A stretch of DNA of 64,000 nt from Bacteroidales bacterium (GCA_021740585.1 JAIOZM010000001.1:43747-107746), one strand, 5' to 3'; shown: positions 9,110 to 19,190, numbered from the stretch's first letter. A program made the numbers and translations. The notes: generated by a model not told the origin, from the sequence alone.

Positions 9110-9244
9110 ATGGATCCGGTTGCGAAAGTAATTCTATGGATATATGGCACAGCCGCTGCTATAGTGATTGTGCTATTGATCTACCTTATCAGAAGAAGGA
9201 TTGAAATAAAGAAGAAGGAGAATTTTGAAGACAGGGATAATTAA
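9110..9244 (+). CDS. Possible 44-aa single-pass membrane peptide
   Basis: ATG lies 2 nt after the ybjQ-like stop. MDPVAKVILWIYGTAAAIVIVLLIYLIRRRIEIKKKENFEDRDN has one hydrophobic helix plus a basic tail. It is below the ORF-track length cutoff. Confidence 0.3.
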   Translation: MDPVAKVILWIYGTAAAIVIVLLIYLIRRRIEIKKKENFEDRDN

Positions 9245-9266
9245 AATCCTTCTTTTAAATCACTCA

Positions 9267-10295
9267 TTATTGCTTCATAAATTTTGTGATATGTGAGCTA
9301 TTGTCCTGCCCTGAAAGTTTAATGAAATACAATCCCGGTTTTAGAGATTCAATGCTTATTTCATTTCCTTCAGTTTGGAGGATCAGCTTACCTAATGCAT
9401 CATATATTTCCTTACTTCCCTGATAAAAACCGGGGATTTTAAGTACATCTTTTGCCGGATTTGGATAGATTGAATATTGAGGAAAAGTATCAGAATTACT
9501 CTTTGGTATACCCGTATTATCCCTGTAAATATAATCCACAAACTCGGGTCTGTCGATAAAGGGATTGCGGTTATGCTGGTAGCTGTATATTACATCGTTA
9601 CGATTTTTCTCGAAGTCATCAACCGGATCGAGATCGTGCCATTCCAGCAGTGTGCTTAATAAGGCGTGAACCGGTTCAGATGTGTGATCATCGGCAGGGA
9701 AATAATCGATTACTTCTAAATCAGGATCCCCATTTTCGCCCTCGTATCGGGTAGCCATATAAAAAATGATCCGCGCCACATCGCCTTTTACAGCTGCTCT
9801 GGGTTCCCATGTGTAATTGGCGTCGGAATAGAAACATCCTGTAGCCCCATCAGGGTCAGTATATGCAACACCGCCATTATCAAACCAGCGACTGTCGCGT
9901 TTGCTGTTAACGGTAATATCGGTAGGTCTGAGATGGTGTGCGTCTCTTCCCGGAATATCATCTTCATCGAATGCTCCATGCGACTTAGCCCATACATGTT
10001 CACGGTTCCAGCCGGTGTTGTTATTATATTCCTGAGCGGCATTTACGCTCCAGCCGGTATAAAAGAGAATTACATTCGCTGAATTGTTTGGATCGCGATC
10101 TGAAACTTTAAGTATATCCCATATATCGGTTGAGGAGCCGGAATAAGGATATGCAGTGTGTCCTTTTATGATGTTATGCAAAGCGGTTTTAAGTTCTTCG
10201 GCTTTTAGACCTTCAGCTGAATCATAATATCCGGTTGGAATTTGGGCTAACAAGCTTAGTGGCAGGAAGAATAGAATGTAGAATATATATCTCAT
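9267..10295 (-). CDS. Secreted endonuclease I family nuclease with T9SS C-terminal sorting domain
   Basis: Signal peptide. NREHVWAKSHG and DAHHLRPTDITVNSKRDSRWFD fit the endonuclease I / extracellular nuclease family. The C-terminal ~80 aa (YSIYPNPAKDVLKI ... GLYFIKL) looks like a Por secretion tail. Confidence 0.75.
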   Translation of the reverse strand: MRYIFYILFFLPLSLLAQIPTGYYDSAEGLKAEELKTALHNIIKGHTAYPYSGSSTDIWDILKVSDRDPNNSANVILFYTGWSVNAAQEYNNNTGWNREHVWAKSHGAFDEDDIPGRDAHHLRPTDITVNSKRDSRWFDNGGVAYTDPDGATGCFYSDANYTWEPRAAVKGDVARIIFYMATRYEGENGDPDLEVIDYFPADDHTSEPVHALLSTLLEWHDLDPVDDFEKNRNDVIYSYQHNRNPFIDRPEFVDYIYRDNTGIPKSNSDTFPQYSIYPNPAKDVLKIPGFYQGSKEIYDALGKLILQTEGNEISIESLKPGLYFIKLSGQDNSSHITKFMKQ

Positions 10296-10447
10296 GTTTA
10301 CTGTTTTTTTATAAATAAAGTCTGCAAAGATAGAAAAAAGGTTTTTTTATGATCGTTTTTAATGGCTTATTTACATTAAGGGGTGAGGAATGGAGGATCT
10401 CAGAGAGGTCATCTGATTTCTGAATATTGAGATACCCTGTTTATATA

Positions 10448-10615
10448 CAGCCAAAATATGTCAATTATTTTTTAAATGGCTGGAAAATATAAATAATAAA
10501 TTAGCCAAAAAGTTAAAAATATTTTAAAAATGGCTAAATAAAATATTATTAAACTAGCCAAAAAGAATATAATATACTATATTTGGCTGAATATAAAATT
10601 TTAAAAACAGCCAAA
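10448..10615 (+). repeat. Degenerate 53-bp tandem array (3.1 units), each unit carrying an AGCCA...TGGCT inverted pair
   Basis: AGCCA at 10449, 10503, 10556 and 10609. TGGCT at 10477, 10531 and 10584. The last unit (acagccaaaATG) contains the ATPase start codon; the first unit has the near-copy acagccaaaatATG. Confidence 0.7.
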
Positions 10616-12064
10616 ATGTTAACAAATATTGCCGGAAGACAGATAGAACAGCAAAAACTACAACGGGCATTGGAATCTGATAAGGCTGAGTTTATAGCCG
10701 TTTATGGGAGGAGGCGAATTGGAAAGACTTTTTTAATAAGGGAGTTTTTTAGTGAGAAGATCATATTTGAATTAATTGGTATTTACAATGCAAGCTTAAA
10801 AGAGCAGTTAGACAATTTTGCATATTCAATGTGTGAAGCATTGAAGACGAATATTCCTGTTAAATCACCATCTTCATGGCAAGAAGCATTCTCTATGTTG
10901 AAGATTTTCCTGGATGAGAATAAGGGTAAAGCAAAAAAAGTAGTGTTTTTGGATGAGTTACCCTGGCTAAATTCTTCCAGATCAGGATTTCTAAAGCAGC
11001 TTGAACATTTTTGGAATAGTTATGGTTCAAAGAAAAAGGATTTAATACTTATTGTTAGCGGTTCTGCGGCTTCATGGATGATACAGCATGTAGTTTATTC
11101 AAAAGGAGGCTTGCATAATCGTTTAACTCAGCAAATCAGATTGCTACCCTTTACACTTACTGAAACGGTTGATTATCTAAGATTACGAAGAATAGGGAAT
11201 CTTGATCATTATCAAATTCTACAGCTTTATATGGCTATTGGAGGGGTTCCATATTATTGGTCTTTCGTGCAAAAGGGTTTGTCTGCGGCACAAATAATAG
11301 ATGATTTGATATTTTCGGATTCTGCTGAATTTCGAAATGAATACAATCTGTTATTCGCGTCTCTTTTCGATAATAACTATTTACATAAGAAGGTGGTTGA
11401 GGCACTTGCCGGAAAACGAAAGGGGCTAAATCGTAATGAGCTTTTAGATGTAATGAAGCTGAAATCAGGAGGAACAGCAACGAATATTATTAGTGGGCTG
11501 GAGGAGTCAGGTTTTATTGAATCAATTATTCCATTTGGGAAGAGTTCTAATGATGCAAGTTTTATACTTTCAGATGAATTCACATTATTTCACCTGTATT
11601 GGATTGCGCCAATTGGGAAAAGAAAACCTGGGAATGCTTATTGGATTAAAATGCAGGAAGGATCAAAATTCAAAGCCTGGTCAGGCCATAGTTTTGAGGC
11701 GATCTGTTTAAAACATATTGAGAAGATTAAATATCATTTGCGAATTGATAAAATTCAATCCAATGAGGCCCCTTGGGAATATAGAGCCGGTAAAGACAGT
11801 AACGAAACTGGTGCGCAAATCGATCTGCTGATTGACAGGAAAGATATGGTGATAAATTTGTGTGAGATGAAATTTTATCAATCGGAATTTACGATTGATA
11901 AAAGCTATGCAGATGAACTTAGAAGGAAAATAGATGTTTTTAAGACTCGGACTAATACAAGGAAATCAATATTTCTTACCATAGTAACGACCTTTGGGTT
12001 AAAACAGAATATTCATTCGAACTCCTTAAATGCGATTGGTGTTTCAATGGATGCATTGTTTTAA
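10616..12064 (+). CDS. AAA-type ATP-binding protein, archaeal-ATPase/DUF234 architecture
   Basis: Walker A at VYGRRRIGKTFL and Walker B at KVVFLDELPW. The C-terminal third is typical of DUF234-like proteins. The start was moved from the track's TTG (10583) to the in-frame ATG at 10616 (MLTNIAGRQIE). Confidence 0.7.
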   Translation: MLTNIAGRQIEQQKLQRALESDKAEFIAVYGRRRIGKTFLIREFFSEKIIFELIGIYNASLKEQLDNFAYSMCEALKTNIPVKSPSSWQEAFSMLKIFLDENKGKAKKVVFLDELPWLNSSRSGFLKQLEHFWNSYGSKKKDLILIVSGSAASWMIQHVVYSKGGLHNRLTQQIRLLPFTLTETVDYLRLRRIGNLDHYQILQLYMAIGGVPYYWSFVQKGLSAAQIIDDLIFSDSAEFRNEYNLLFASLFDNNYLHKKVVEALAGKRKGLNRNELLDVMKLKSGGTATNIISGLEESGFIESIIPFGKSSNDASFILSDEFTLFHLYWIAPIGKRKPGNAYWIKMQEGSKFKAWSGHSFEAICLKHIEKIKYHLRIDKIQSNEAPWEYRAGKDSNETGAQIDLLIDRKDMVINLCEMKFYQSEFTIDKSYADELRRKIDVFKTRTNTRKSIFLTIVTTFGLKQNIHSNSLNAIGVSMDALF

Positions 12065-12108
12065 TTTAAATTGATATAATCTATCTCCCAATCTATCCCC
12101 CAAAACAA

Positions 12109-12144
12109 AAACCGCTGGCTCATTTACTTATGAAACAGCGGTTT
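12109..12144. terminator. Hairpin shared by the ATPase gene (+) and tRNA-Glu (-)
   Basis: aaaccgctg (12109-12117) pairs with cagcggttt (12136-12144), followed by atttatttt. Confidence 0.6.
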
Positions 12145-12158
12145 ATTTATTTTACCTG

Positions 12159-12230
12159 TAGTCCGTACGAGAATCGAACTCGTGTTACCAGGATGAAAAC
12201 CTGGCGTCCTAACCCCTAGACGAACGGACC
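12159..12230 (-). tRNA. tRNA-Glu (anticodon UUC)
   Basis: Hand-folded cloverleaf of GGTCCGTTCGTCTAGGGGTTAGGACGCCAGGTTTTCATCCTGGTAACACGAGTTCGATTCTCGTACGGACTA. It has a 7-bp acceptor stem, 4-bp D stem, 5-bp anticodon stem with loop TT-TTC-AT, 4-nt variable loop and TTCGATT T-loop. CCA is not encoded. Confidence 0.9.
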
Positions 12231-12257
12231 ATTATTCAAACTTACAGTTTGGGTGTG

Positions 12258-12288
12258 CAAAGATAAAATTTGTTTTTAAATTGTCAAA
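12258..12288 (-). promoter_or_regulatory. Bacteroidota sigma-A type promoter for tRNA-Glu
   Basis: Minus strand reads TTTG (12288..12285), then 19 nt, then TATCTTTG (12265..12258). The -7 element ends 28 nt before the mature tRNA 5' end. Confidence 0.55.
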
Positions 12289-12601
12289 AAAAATTGCTTG
12301 TTGAGGGAAATATTTTTTATTCATCAATTAAATTATATCCAATCAGCCAAAATTCCCTGAAGATCTAAGAAGCAATTTCCCTGTATTATCAAGGGCTTTC
12401 ACGAAGTCTGGATTTAAGTTCAGGGAAATTATTTAGAATCTTTATTTCTTAGCTGTTGAAGTGTTTTTTGATGAAGTTCTTGTTTAATTCGGGTAAATAA
12501 TTGTGCATTACGGCACTTCCGATGGCTATGAAGTGGATTTTTATTTGTCATCCAAAATAATATCAAGAAGAAGTTTCATGTATATGTTTGATTACAAGCG
12601 T

Positions 12602-13111
12602 TTATTTCATGAAATTTAAAAGATCTTTTTCAATAGATTTGACCGGAGTTTCAATTATCCTCCCAATCTCTGCTTCAGAACGAAAAACGATAAGCGTAGG
12701 TACTCTAAGTATATTTAATGATTCAAGTTTAGTTCCCGGAGCTTGTTTTCGGGTATCAACAGCTATCATATGGATGTTCTCCATATCAACGCCAATTTCA
12801 GAGAGAACCTTAAGCATTCTTGGCACTTCTCTTTTGGTATCGCCACACCAGGTTCCAAGAACAATAGTGTAGCTAAAGCCAGGAGCCCGGCTTTTAATTA
12901 GTTTTTCTATTATGGAACTTTCGGACTTGTAGGAATCAAATTCTTTATGGTAATATTCTCCAAATACAGAGCCCTTAATTCCGTCCATATCGATTTCTCC
13001 GATTAGGATTTCTCTATTTATTCTTGCATCCACTATGGTCTGATTCATATTTTGTCCGAAGCTTATTAATGAAATTAATCCAAGAAATGATAATAAAACA
13101 ATCTTTTTCAT
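12602..13111 (-). CDS. Secreted thioredoxin-fold protein (TlpA/thiol-disulfide oxidoreductase-like)
   Basis: Trimmed to ATG 13111, giving the signal peptide MKKIVLLSFLGLISLISFGQ. VLGTWCGDTKREVPRM (WCxxT/S-type thioredoxin-fold motif) and VPTLIVF are present. Confidence 0.6.
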   Translation of the reverse strand: MKKIVLLSFLGLISLISFGQNMNQTIVDARINREILIGEIDMDGIKGSVFGEYYHKEFDSYKSESSIIEKLIKSRAPGFSYTIVLGTWCGDTKREVPRMLKVLSEIGVDMENIHMIAVDTRKQAPGTKLESLNILRVPTLIVFRSEAEIGRIIETPVKSIEKDLLNFMK

Positions 13112-13136
13112 ATCTATTTTAGATAAAATATTCAAA

Positions 13137-13398
13137 AAAGAATACCACGGAGACACGGATTACACAAAGAAACACGGAGAAAGAAAAATATTAGAAGAAT
13201 ATTTAACCAGTTGTAGCGGACTTTGGTAATTAGTAAAAATACGTAAAATCACCCTCCGTGACCCTCCATGTAATCTGTGTCTCCGTGGTATTCTTTAATG
13301 TTGTTTCAATTAATTTGGTTTGAATTTACACAAAACATTTAACTCTGTGACCCTCCGTGTAATCCGTGTCTCCGTGGTATTCTTCAATATTGTTTCTA
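13137..13398. repeat. Three copies of a ~50-bp CTCCGTG-rich element (one inverted, two direct)
   Basis: Core tgtaatc(c/t)gtgtctccgtggtattctt occurs at 13268-13296 and 13358-13386. Its reverse complement (aagaataccacggagacacggattaca) is at 13137-13163. Flanking ctccgtg / ccctccgtg heptamers accompany all copies. Confidence 0.75.
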
Positions 13399-15555
13399 CT
13401 AGGCCTTAATACTACTTATTAGTATTTCAAGAATCTTCTTAGCTGCAACAGATACCGATGTGCCCGGACCAAAAATAGCCATTACCCCCTCTTTATAAAG
13501 GAAATCATAATCCTGAGCAGGAATAACCCCACCGGCAATGACTAAAATATCTTCACGACCAGCTTTCTTTAGTTCCTGAATTACCTGCGGAACCAAAGTT
13601 TTATGTCCGGCTGCAAGGCTCGACACCCCAAGCACATGCACATCATTTTCAATGGCTTGTCGGGCTGCTTCGGCCGGTGTTTGGAAAAGGGGTCCGATAT
13701 CTACATCGAATCCGATATCGGCATATCCGGTTGAAACTACTTTTGCCCCACGATCGTGACCATCCTGTCCCATTTTGGCGATCATTATTCTTGGCTGGCG
13801 GCCTTCCAATTGGGCAAATTCCTTAGCGAGCTCACAGGCTCTTTTAAAATTAGCATCTTTCATTGATTCAGAAGAATATATACCGGAAATAGATCGGATT
13901 ACTGCTTTGTATCTGCCTGAAACTTCCTCAATTGCATCAGAAATTTCACCTAAAGTAGCCCGGTTTTTTGCTGCTTCAACAGAAAGTTCCAGTAAATTTC
14001 CTGTTCCTGTTTTTACGGCATGGGTAATATCCTTTAAGGATTTAATCACATCAGTTTCATTCCGTTCAGATCTTAGTTTTTGAAGTCTTTTGATCTGATT
14101 TTCCCTCACAACGGTATTGTCAACTTCCAGAATATCCATAGGTTCTTCCTGAGATAATTTGAAACGGTTAATTCCAACTATGGTATCTTTTCTTGAATCG
14201 ATTCTGGCTTGTTTCCTTGCAGCAGCTTCTTCAATCCTCATTTTAGGTAATCCGGTTTCAATGGCCTTTGACATTCCGCCCAGTTTTTCAACCTCTTCAA
14301 TAAGAGCCCAGGCTTTATGTGCTATCTCATGAGTTAGGCTTTCAATATAATATGAACCTCCCCAGGGATCTACAGAATTACAAATCCCGGTTTCTTCCTG
14401 AAGATAAATTTGTGTATTTCTGGCTATTCGTGCCGAGAAATCGGTAGGTAAGGCTATTGCTTCATCGAGGGCATTGGTATGCAGAGACTGGGTGTGTCCT
14501 AAACCTGCAGCCAAAGCTTCCACACAGGTTCGGGCAACATTGTTAAAGGGATCTTGCTCGGTTAAGCTCCAACCCGAAGTTTGAGAGTGAGTTCTGAGAG
14601 CCATGGATTTCGGATTCTTAGGATTGAACTGTTTCACAATCTTCGCCCAAAGCAATCTGGCTGCTCTCATTTTGGCAATTTCCATAAAGTGATTCATTCC
14701 AACGGCCCAGAAAAATGATAAGCGAGGTGCAAATGCGTCGATATCAATTCCGGCAGCTATACCCGTACGAATATACTCAAGACCATCGGCCAGGGTATAA
14801 GCCAGTTCGAGATCGGCAGTAGCCCCTGCTTCCTGCATATGGTATCCTGAAATACTTATAGAGTTGAATTTTGGCATTTTTTTCGAAGTATATTCGAAAA
14901 TATCTGCAATTATCCTCATTGAAGTTTCGGGTGGATAAATGTATGTATTCCTAACCATGAATTCCTTCAGAATATCGTTTTGAATGGTTCCGCTAAGTTC
15001 TTCCAGTTTTGCACCCTGTTCCAGGGCAGTAACTATATAAAAGGCCATTATCGGAAGTACGGCTCCGTTCATTGTCATTGAAACCGACATTTTATTCAGA
15101 GGAATTTCATCGAACAGAATTTTCATGTCGAGGATAGAGTCGATAGCCACCCCTGCTTTTCCAACATCACCTTCCACTCTTTCATGATCGGAATCGTAGC
15201 CACGGTGAGTAGCCAGGTCGAAGGCAACGGAAAGTCCTTTTTGTCCTGCAGCAAGATTTTTACGGTAAAAGGCATTCGATTCTTCCGCAGTAGAAAATCC
15301 GGCATACTGCCTGATGGTCCAGGGACGGGTAACATACATAGTGGAGTAGGGTCCCCGCAGGAAAGGAGCTTTCCCGGCAATAAAATCCAGATGCTCCATT
15401 TTTTCAAGATCTTCCTGTGTATAAACCGGCTTTACAAGTATATGCTCAGGTGTTTCCCATTCATTTTCAATGAGATTTTCTTTTACCCGGCTTTCACTAT
15501 CTTTTCCTGATAGGCTTGCCTTTTTGGGATTTATTTTTTTAAAATCGGGCTTCAT
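13399..15555 (-). CDS. mutB: Methylmalonyl-CoA mutase large (catalytic, B12-binding) subunit
   Basis: 718 aa. Contains [23 protein letters not shown] and [17 protein letters not shown], plus the C-terminal B12 domain [11 protein letters not shown]. Confidence 0.95.
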   Translation of the reverse strand: MKPDFKKINPKKASLSGKDSESRVKENLIENEWETPEHILVKPVYTQEDLEKMEHLDFIAGKAPFLRGPYSTMYVTRPWTIRQYAGFSTAEESNAFYRKNLAAGQKGLSVAFDLATHRGYDSDHERVEGDVGKAGVAIDSILDMKILFDEIPLNKMSVSMTMNGAVLPIMAFYIVTALEQGAKLEELSGTIQNDILKEFMVRNTYIYPPETSMRIIADIFEYTSKKMPKFNSISISGYHMQEAGATADLELAYTLADGLEYIRTGIAAGIDIDAFAPRLSFFWAVGMNHFMEIAKMRAARLLWAKIVKQFNPKNPKSMALRTHSQTSGWSLTEQDPFNNVARTCVEALAAGLGHTQSLHTNALDEAIALPTDFSARIARNTQIYLQEETGICNSVDPWGGSYYIESLTHEIAHKAWALIEEVEKLGGMSKAIETGLPKMRIEEAAARKQARIDSRKDTIVGINRFKLSQEEPMDILEVDNTVVRENQIKRLQKLRSERNETDVIKSLKDITHAVKTGTGNLLELSVEAAKNRATLGEISDAIEEVSGRYKAVIRSISGIYSSESMKDANFKRACELAKEFAQLEGRQPRIMIAKMGQDGHDRGAKVVSTGYADIGFDVDIGPLFQTPAEAARQAIENDVHVLGVSSLAAGHKTLVPQVIQELKKAGREDILVIAGGVIPAQDYDFLYKEGVMAIFGPGTSVSVAAKKILEILISSIKA

Positions 15556-15567
15556 AATTGAATATTT

Positions 15568-17436
15568 TTAAACTATTCCAAGAAGTTGATTAAACTTTTT
15601 CAATTCTTCGAACAGGTTTGACTTTACATGAATAAAATGCTCTATTCCCATGCTTTTCAGCTCATCGATGCTATCTTTTGGGTAACCTGCAATTACAGGT
15701 ATCTGATCTTCTTTTAATTCTGCTAAAACGGCAGCTGTAATTTGTGGATATTCATCATCGCTACTGCAAAGCACCACGATATCAGCATCGCACTTTCTCA
15801 ATTCCCTGAGACCTTCATTTACATCGCTAAATCCACTATTATCAACAATAGTATAACCGGCACAGGCAAAAAATTCGCTCGCAAAACCAGCTCTTGCCTT
15901 TCTCCAAACCAGATTGCCGTAATTGAATAAAAATACAAGAGGTGTTTTCCCTGATATTTCTGTGCTTAAACGAAGCTCCTCAAAAGATTGTGAGCCTCTG
16001 TATTCAGGAATTGGTTTAATTGGTAAAGATTCAAGGTCAGTTATTTTCGGGAAAACTTTATCCGTTTTAATATCTGAGGAATGCTGTTCTTTGGAATTTG
16101 CATATTGATTTGTACCCAGAAGGACTTCTCTACGTGTAGCAATATTTGTATTTCGAATTTCGGCGGTTTCAGCAATTAATGTCTGAATATAATTTGATTT
16201 TAAAGCCGCAAGGTATCCGCCTTTTTCCTCAATTGTTAGAAACAATTCCCAGGCTTTTTCAGCTATTGAATGGGTAAGACTTTCGACATACCAGGAACCT
16301 GAGGCAGGGTCAACTACCTTGTCGAGGTGTGCTTCTTCCTTAAGAATTATCTGTGTATTTCTGGCCAGTCTTTCAGAGAAGCGGGTTGTTTCCCTAAAAG
16401 ATTTATCGAAAGGAGAAACGCTTAAAGAATTTGTGCCACCCAATATCGCAGACATACTTTCCGTTGTTCCTCTTAATAAATTAATGTAGGGATCATAAAT
16501 AGTCTGATTCCATTCGGAGGTGGTGGTATGGATGAAAACTTTTTGGGAGTCGGTATTCTTTGCTTCATAAGCCTTAATAATATTGGCGTAAAGTACACGA
16601 GCAGCCCTTATTTTTGCAATTTCCATGAAATAGGAAGATCCTGCTGAAAAATTAAATTGGAAATGGGGAGCGATTTCGTCAATATTCAAAACATTTTCAG
16701 TTAACTGATCGATGTATTCTACCATTTTAGACAAGCTTAAAGCCAATTCCTGAATGGCAGAAGATCCACCATTATGGTAGATACTTCCATTTAAAGATAA
16801 ACATCTTAATGCAGGAAAGATTTTGGCACTTGTCTGAATTAAAGTTGCGAGATTTTTAAAATCAATACTAATATCCGATTCTTTAGATCCTTTTTTACTT
16901 AGTTCACCTATTGGATCGGTATTCAGACAGCCATTAATTTTCTTCTTGTCCAAATCTCTTTTTGTAGTTTCGTGGAGGAGTAAATTCAGGATAAGATCTT
17001 CCTTTCCGGGGGCGTTAAAACTAAGCTGAATACAATCGAATATTATCCCATCCATCAGGGCCTGAAAATTAATCTCATTTAATATAACTTCTTCAGCGAT
17101 TATAAACTTAATAGCCGAAGCACCCTTGCCCAGCGCATGAAGGGCATTTTTGTTGGCTTCTCTGACATCCTTCACGAAAATATCCTGTTGTATTTCCCAT
17201 TCGTTAAGGTGAATTTTTGAACTTCGCACAAAAGGAAATTCATTGGGGAGCACATTAAGGTATTCGAGTCCGGATACGTCTTCTTTTGAATAATATGGTT
17301 TCAGGTCAATGCCTTCAATTGTTTTTGTAATAAGTTTATTATAAGGAGCTCCTTTTAGATCGGAATGAATTATTTCTTCCCATTCTTTCTTTGAGGAGGG
17401 AGTGAATTCATTAAAAATCTTTTCGTATTTTGCCAT
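15568..17436 (-). CDS. mutA: Methylmalonyl-CoA mutase small subunit
   Basis: 622 aa paralogue lying immediately upstream of mutB. It has the mutase-fold core (MEIAKIRAARVLYA) but lacks the DxHxxG B12 motif. Confidence 0.85.
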   Translation of the reverse strand: MAKYEKIFNEFTPSSKKEWEEIIHSDLKGAPYNKLITKTIEGIDLKPYYSKEDVSGLEYLNVLPNEFPFVRSSKIHLNEWEIQQDIFVKDVREANKNALHALGKGASAIKFIIAEEVILNEINFQALMDGIIFDCIQLSFNAPGKEDLILNLLLHETTKRDLDKKKINGCLNTDPIGELSKKGSKESDISIDFKNLATLIQTSAKIFPALRCLSLNGSIYHNGGSSAIQELALSLSKMVEYIDQLTENVLNIDEIAPHFQFNFSAGSSYFMEIAKIRAARVLYANIIKAYEAKNTDSQKVFIHTTTSEWNQTIYDPYINLLRGTTESMSAILGGTNSLSVSPFDKSFRETTRFSERLARNTQIILKEEAHLDKVVDPASGSWYVESLTHSIAEKAWELFLTIEEKGGYLAALKSNYIQTLIAETAEIRNTNIATRREVLLGTNQYANSKEQHSSDIKTDKVFPKITDLESLPIKPIPEYRGSQSFEELRLSTEISGKTPLVFLFNYGNLVWRKARAGFASEFFACAGYTIVDNSGFSDVNEGLRELRKCDADIVVLCSSDDEYPQITAAVLAELKEDQIPVIAGYPKDSIDELKSMGIEHFIHVKSNLFEELKKFNQLLGIV

Positions 17437-17608
17437 ATTTAAGATCTTATATTGGATTTGTAAAGTAAGTGATTTTCAATCAAAAGGCGAATGATTTATC
17501 TCACTTGTATTTTAGATTATAGAATTTGTATTGTAAATGTATTGTTTGAACTTCTGTTTTTTTTTAAAGAATAGGGAAGCGGATATTAATAAATAGTTAA
17601 TTGAAATA

Positions 17609-18028
17609 TTATCGAGTAAATCGGGCAAAAAACTCAAGCACAATATTACCATCATCAGTTGTATAGAACCATTCAATATTATTAAGGTCCTGATTAACTT
17701 TTCCGGAACCATTTATAAAAACACTTGAGATGACCTGATTTTCAATTCTAAGAGTGTCATTAAATAAAGAGGCATATAGAAATTCCAAGTTTCCCAGATT
17801 ATTAAAATTGCTAATTATATAGAGATTTTCCTGGGAACTAACTTTGTCTATTTCGACAAGAAACTTCTTATAGCCAGAATAGGGAGAATTTTCTTCACAG
17901 GAATAGGCTCCCGTCAAATCTGGATAGATTTTACCTTCCTTGTTTAATTCGCAGCCTGTTGGAAACAGACAGATAATAATAACGGAAAAGATAAAGCTAA
18001 AATATTTTCTTCTCTTCATCGTTTTCAT
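17609..18028 (-). CDS. Small lipoprotein, unknown function
   Basis: ATGs at 18028 and 18019 give MK(TMK)RRKYFSFIFSVIIICLFPTGC (lipobox). Its 5' end overlaps the stop of the upstream MORN-repeat gene (17997), indicating the same operon. Confidence 0.55.
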   Translation of the reverse strand: MKTMKRRKYFSFIFSVIIICLFPTGCELNKEGKIYPDLTGAYSCEENSPYSGYKKFLVEIDKVSSQENLYIISNFNNLGNLEFLYASLFNDTLRIENQVISSVFINGSGKVNQDLNNIEWFYTTDDGNIVLEFFARFTR

Positions 18029-19190
18029 ATATGGATTTTTGTACAATATTACCATCTTTATCATAGGCTTTTGCTAAGCCATTTCTTTCACCATTTGTAA
18101 AATATATTTCGGTCATAATTTCACCTGTTTCATAATAAGTTTGCCACAAACCTTCTTTGTTATTATTTGCATATTGCCCGGAGTTTTTAAGTTTACCAGA
18201 CTCATAAAATAGTAAAAACTTTCCTGTAGCATCTCCCTGCTCAAAGTTACCCTTTTGCTTCATTTTGCCGTTGTCATAATAAATCAGCCATTCTCCGTGG
18301 AAGCTACCATTTTTATAAGCACCGAATGTGTATAGCTGACCGTTCATGTAAAAAGTCTTCCATTTCCCATTTTTTACTCCTTTTTGATATTCCCCCAATT
18401 CATAAAGACTTCCCTGCTTGTTTTCTAGTTCCGATTCATAATACTTAGAGAAATCACCTGATAAAGTGTCATTAATATAATTAGATCGCAACATTATTGC
18501 TCCGGAAGGATAGAAGCCTGTGAACTCACCATTTATTTTACCTTCCTGATAAAAACACTCCTTTTGTATAGCTCCATCTTCAAATTCTTTGTAAAAGCTT
18601 TGAAATTTACCCTCATATAAATTTTCCTTCATAAAAGATTTCTCTCTTATTATTCCGTTTTCATAATAGATCTCCTGAATTCCATTAAGCATTCCATTTA
18701 AGTAATTTTTCCTAAAACGCAATTTTCCGTCTTGAAAATAAGCAATAACCTCCCCCTCTAACAGCCCCAAAGAATAGTAAGCGATTTCGCTTGGCTGACC
18801 GTCTTGATAAAATATTTTTGAAAAACCATCATTCAAATCATCTTTGTATTCAACCTGTTGGGAAAGAATGCTATCTGGATAGAAAAACTCATATACTCCG
18901 GTCATCTTACCAGTTGAATAAGGCATAATTTGTTTGATCTTACCATCAGGATAATAATCTTTCCAAACTCCATCCAATTCATTTTCCAGGAAGTTACCTT
19001 CTTGCCAAAGGACGCCATTTTCATAATATATCTTATATACACCTTGTTTAATAGTGTCATTTTTTAGAATTATAGCCTGATATTTTTCTTTTATTTGATC
19101 ATTACTATTGTATTTTGTAATAATCCATTCTTGTCCGAAAAGAGAATTACCGAACATTAAAAAAGTAAAAGCTATAATAATTTTTAGCAT
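17997..19190 (-). CDS. Secreted MORN-repeat-variant (YwqK-like) protein
   Basis: Signal peptide MLKIIIAFTFLMFGNSLFGQ, followed by about 14 repeats of the G.w..yY.nG.l type. Its ATG overlaps the TAA of the upstream gene (TAATG at 19192..19188). Confidence 0.75.
   Translation of the reverse strand: MLKIIIAFTFLMFGNSLFGQEWIITKYNSNDQIKEKYQAIILKNDTIKQGVYKIYYENGVLWQEGNFLENELDGVWKDYYPDGKIKQIMPYSTGKMTGVYEFFYPDSILSQQVEYKDDLNDGFSKIFYQDGQPSEIAYYSLGLLEGEVIAYFQDGKLRFRKNYLNGMLNGIQEIYYENGIIREKSFMKENLYEGKFQSFYKEFEDGAIQKECFYQEGKINGEFTGFYPSGAIMLRSNYINDTLSGDFSKYYESELENKQGSLYELGEYQKGVKNGKWKTFYMNGQLYTFGAYKNGSFHGEWLIYYDNGKMKQKGNFEQGDATGKFLLFYESGKLKNSGQYANNNKEGLWQTYYETGEIMTEIYFTNGERNGLAKAYDKDGNIVQKSIYENDEEKKIF

Noticed and set aside
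12159-12230. tRNA-Glu as an integration site for the adjacent ATPase/nuclease genes
   Set aside because: There is no integrase, no duplicated tRNA 3' segment and no compositional break that I can see by eye.
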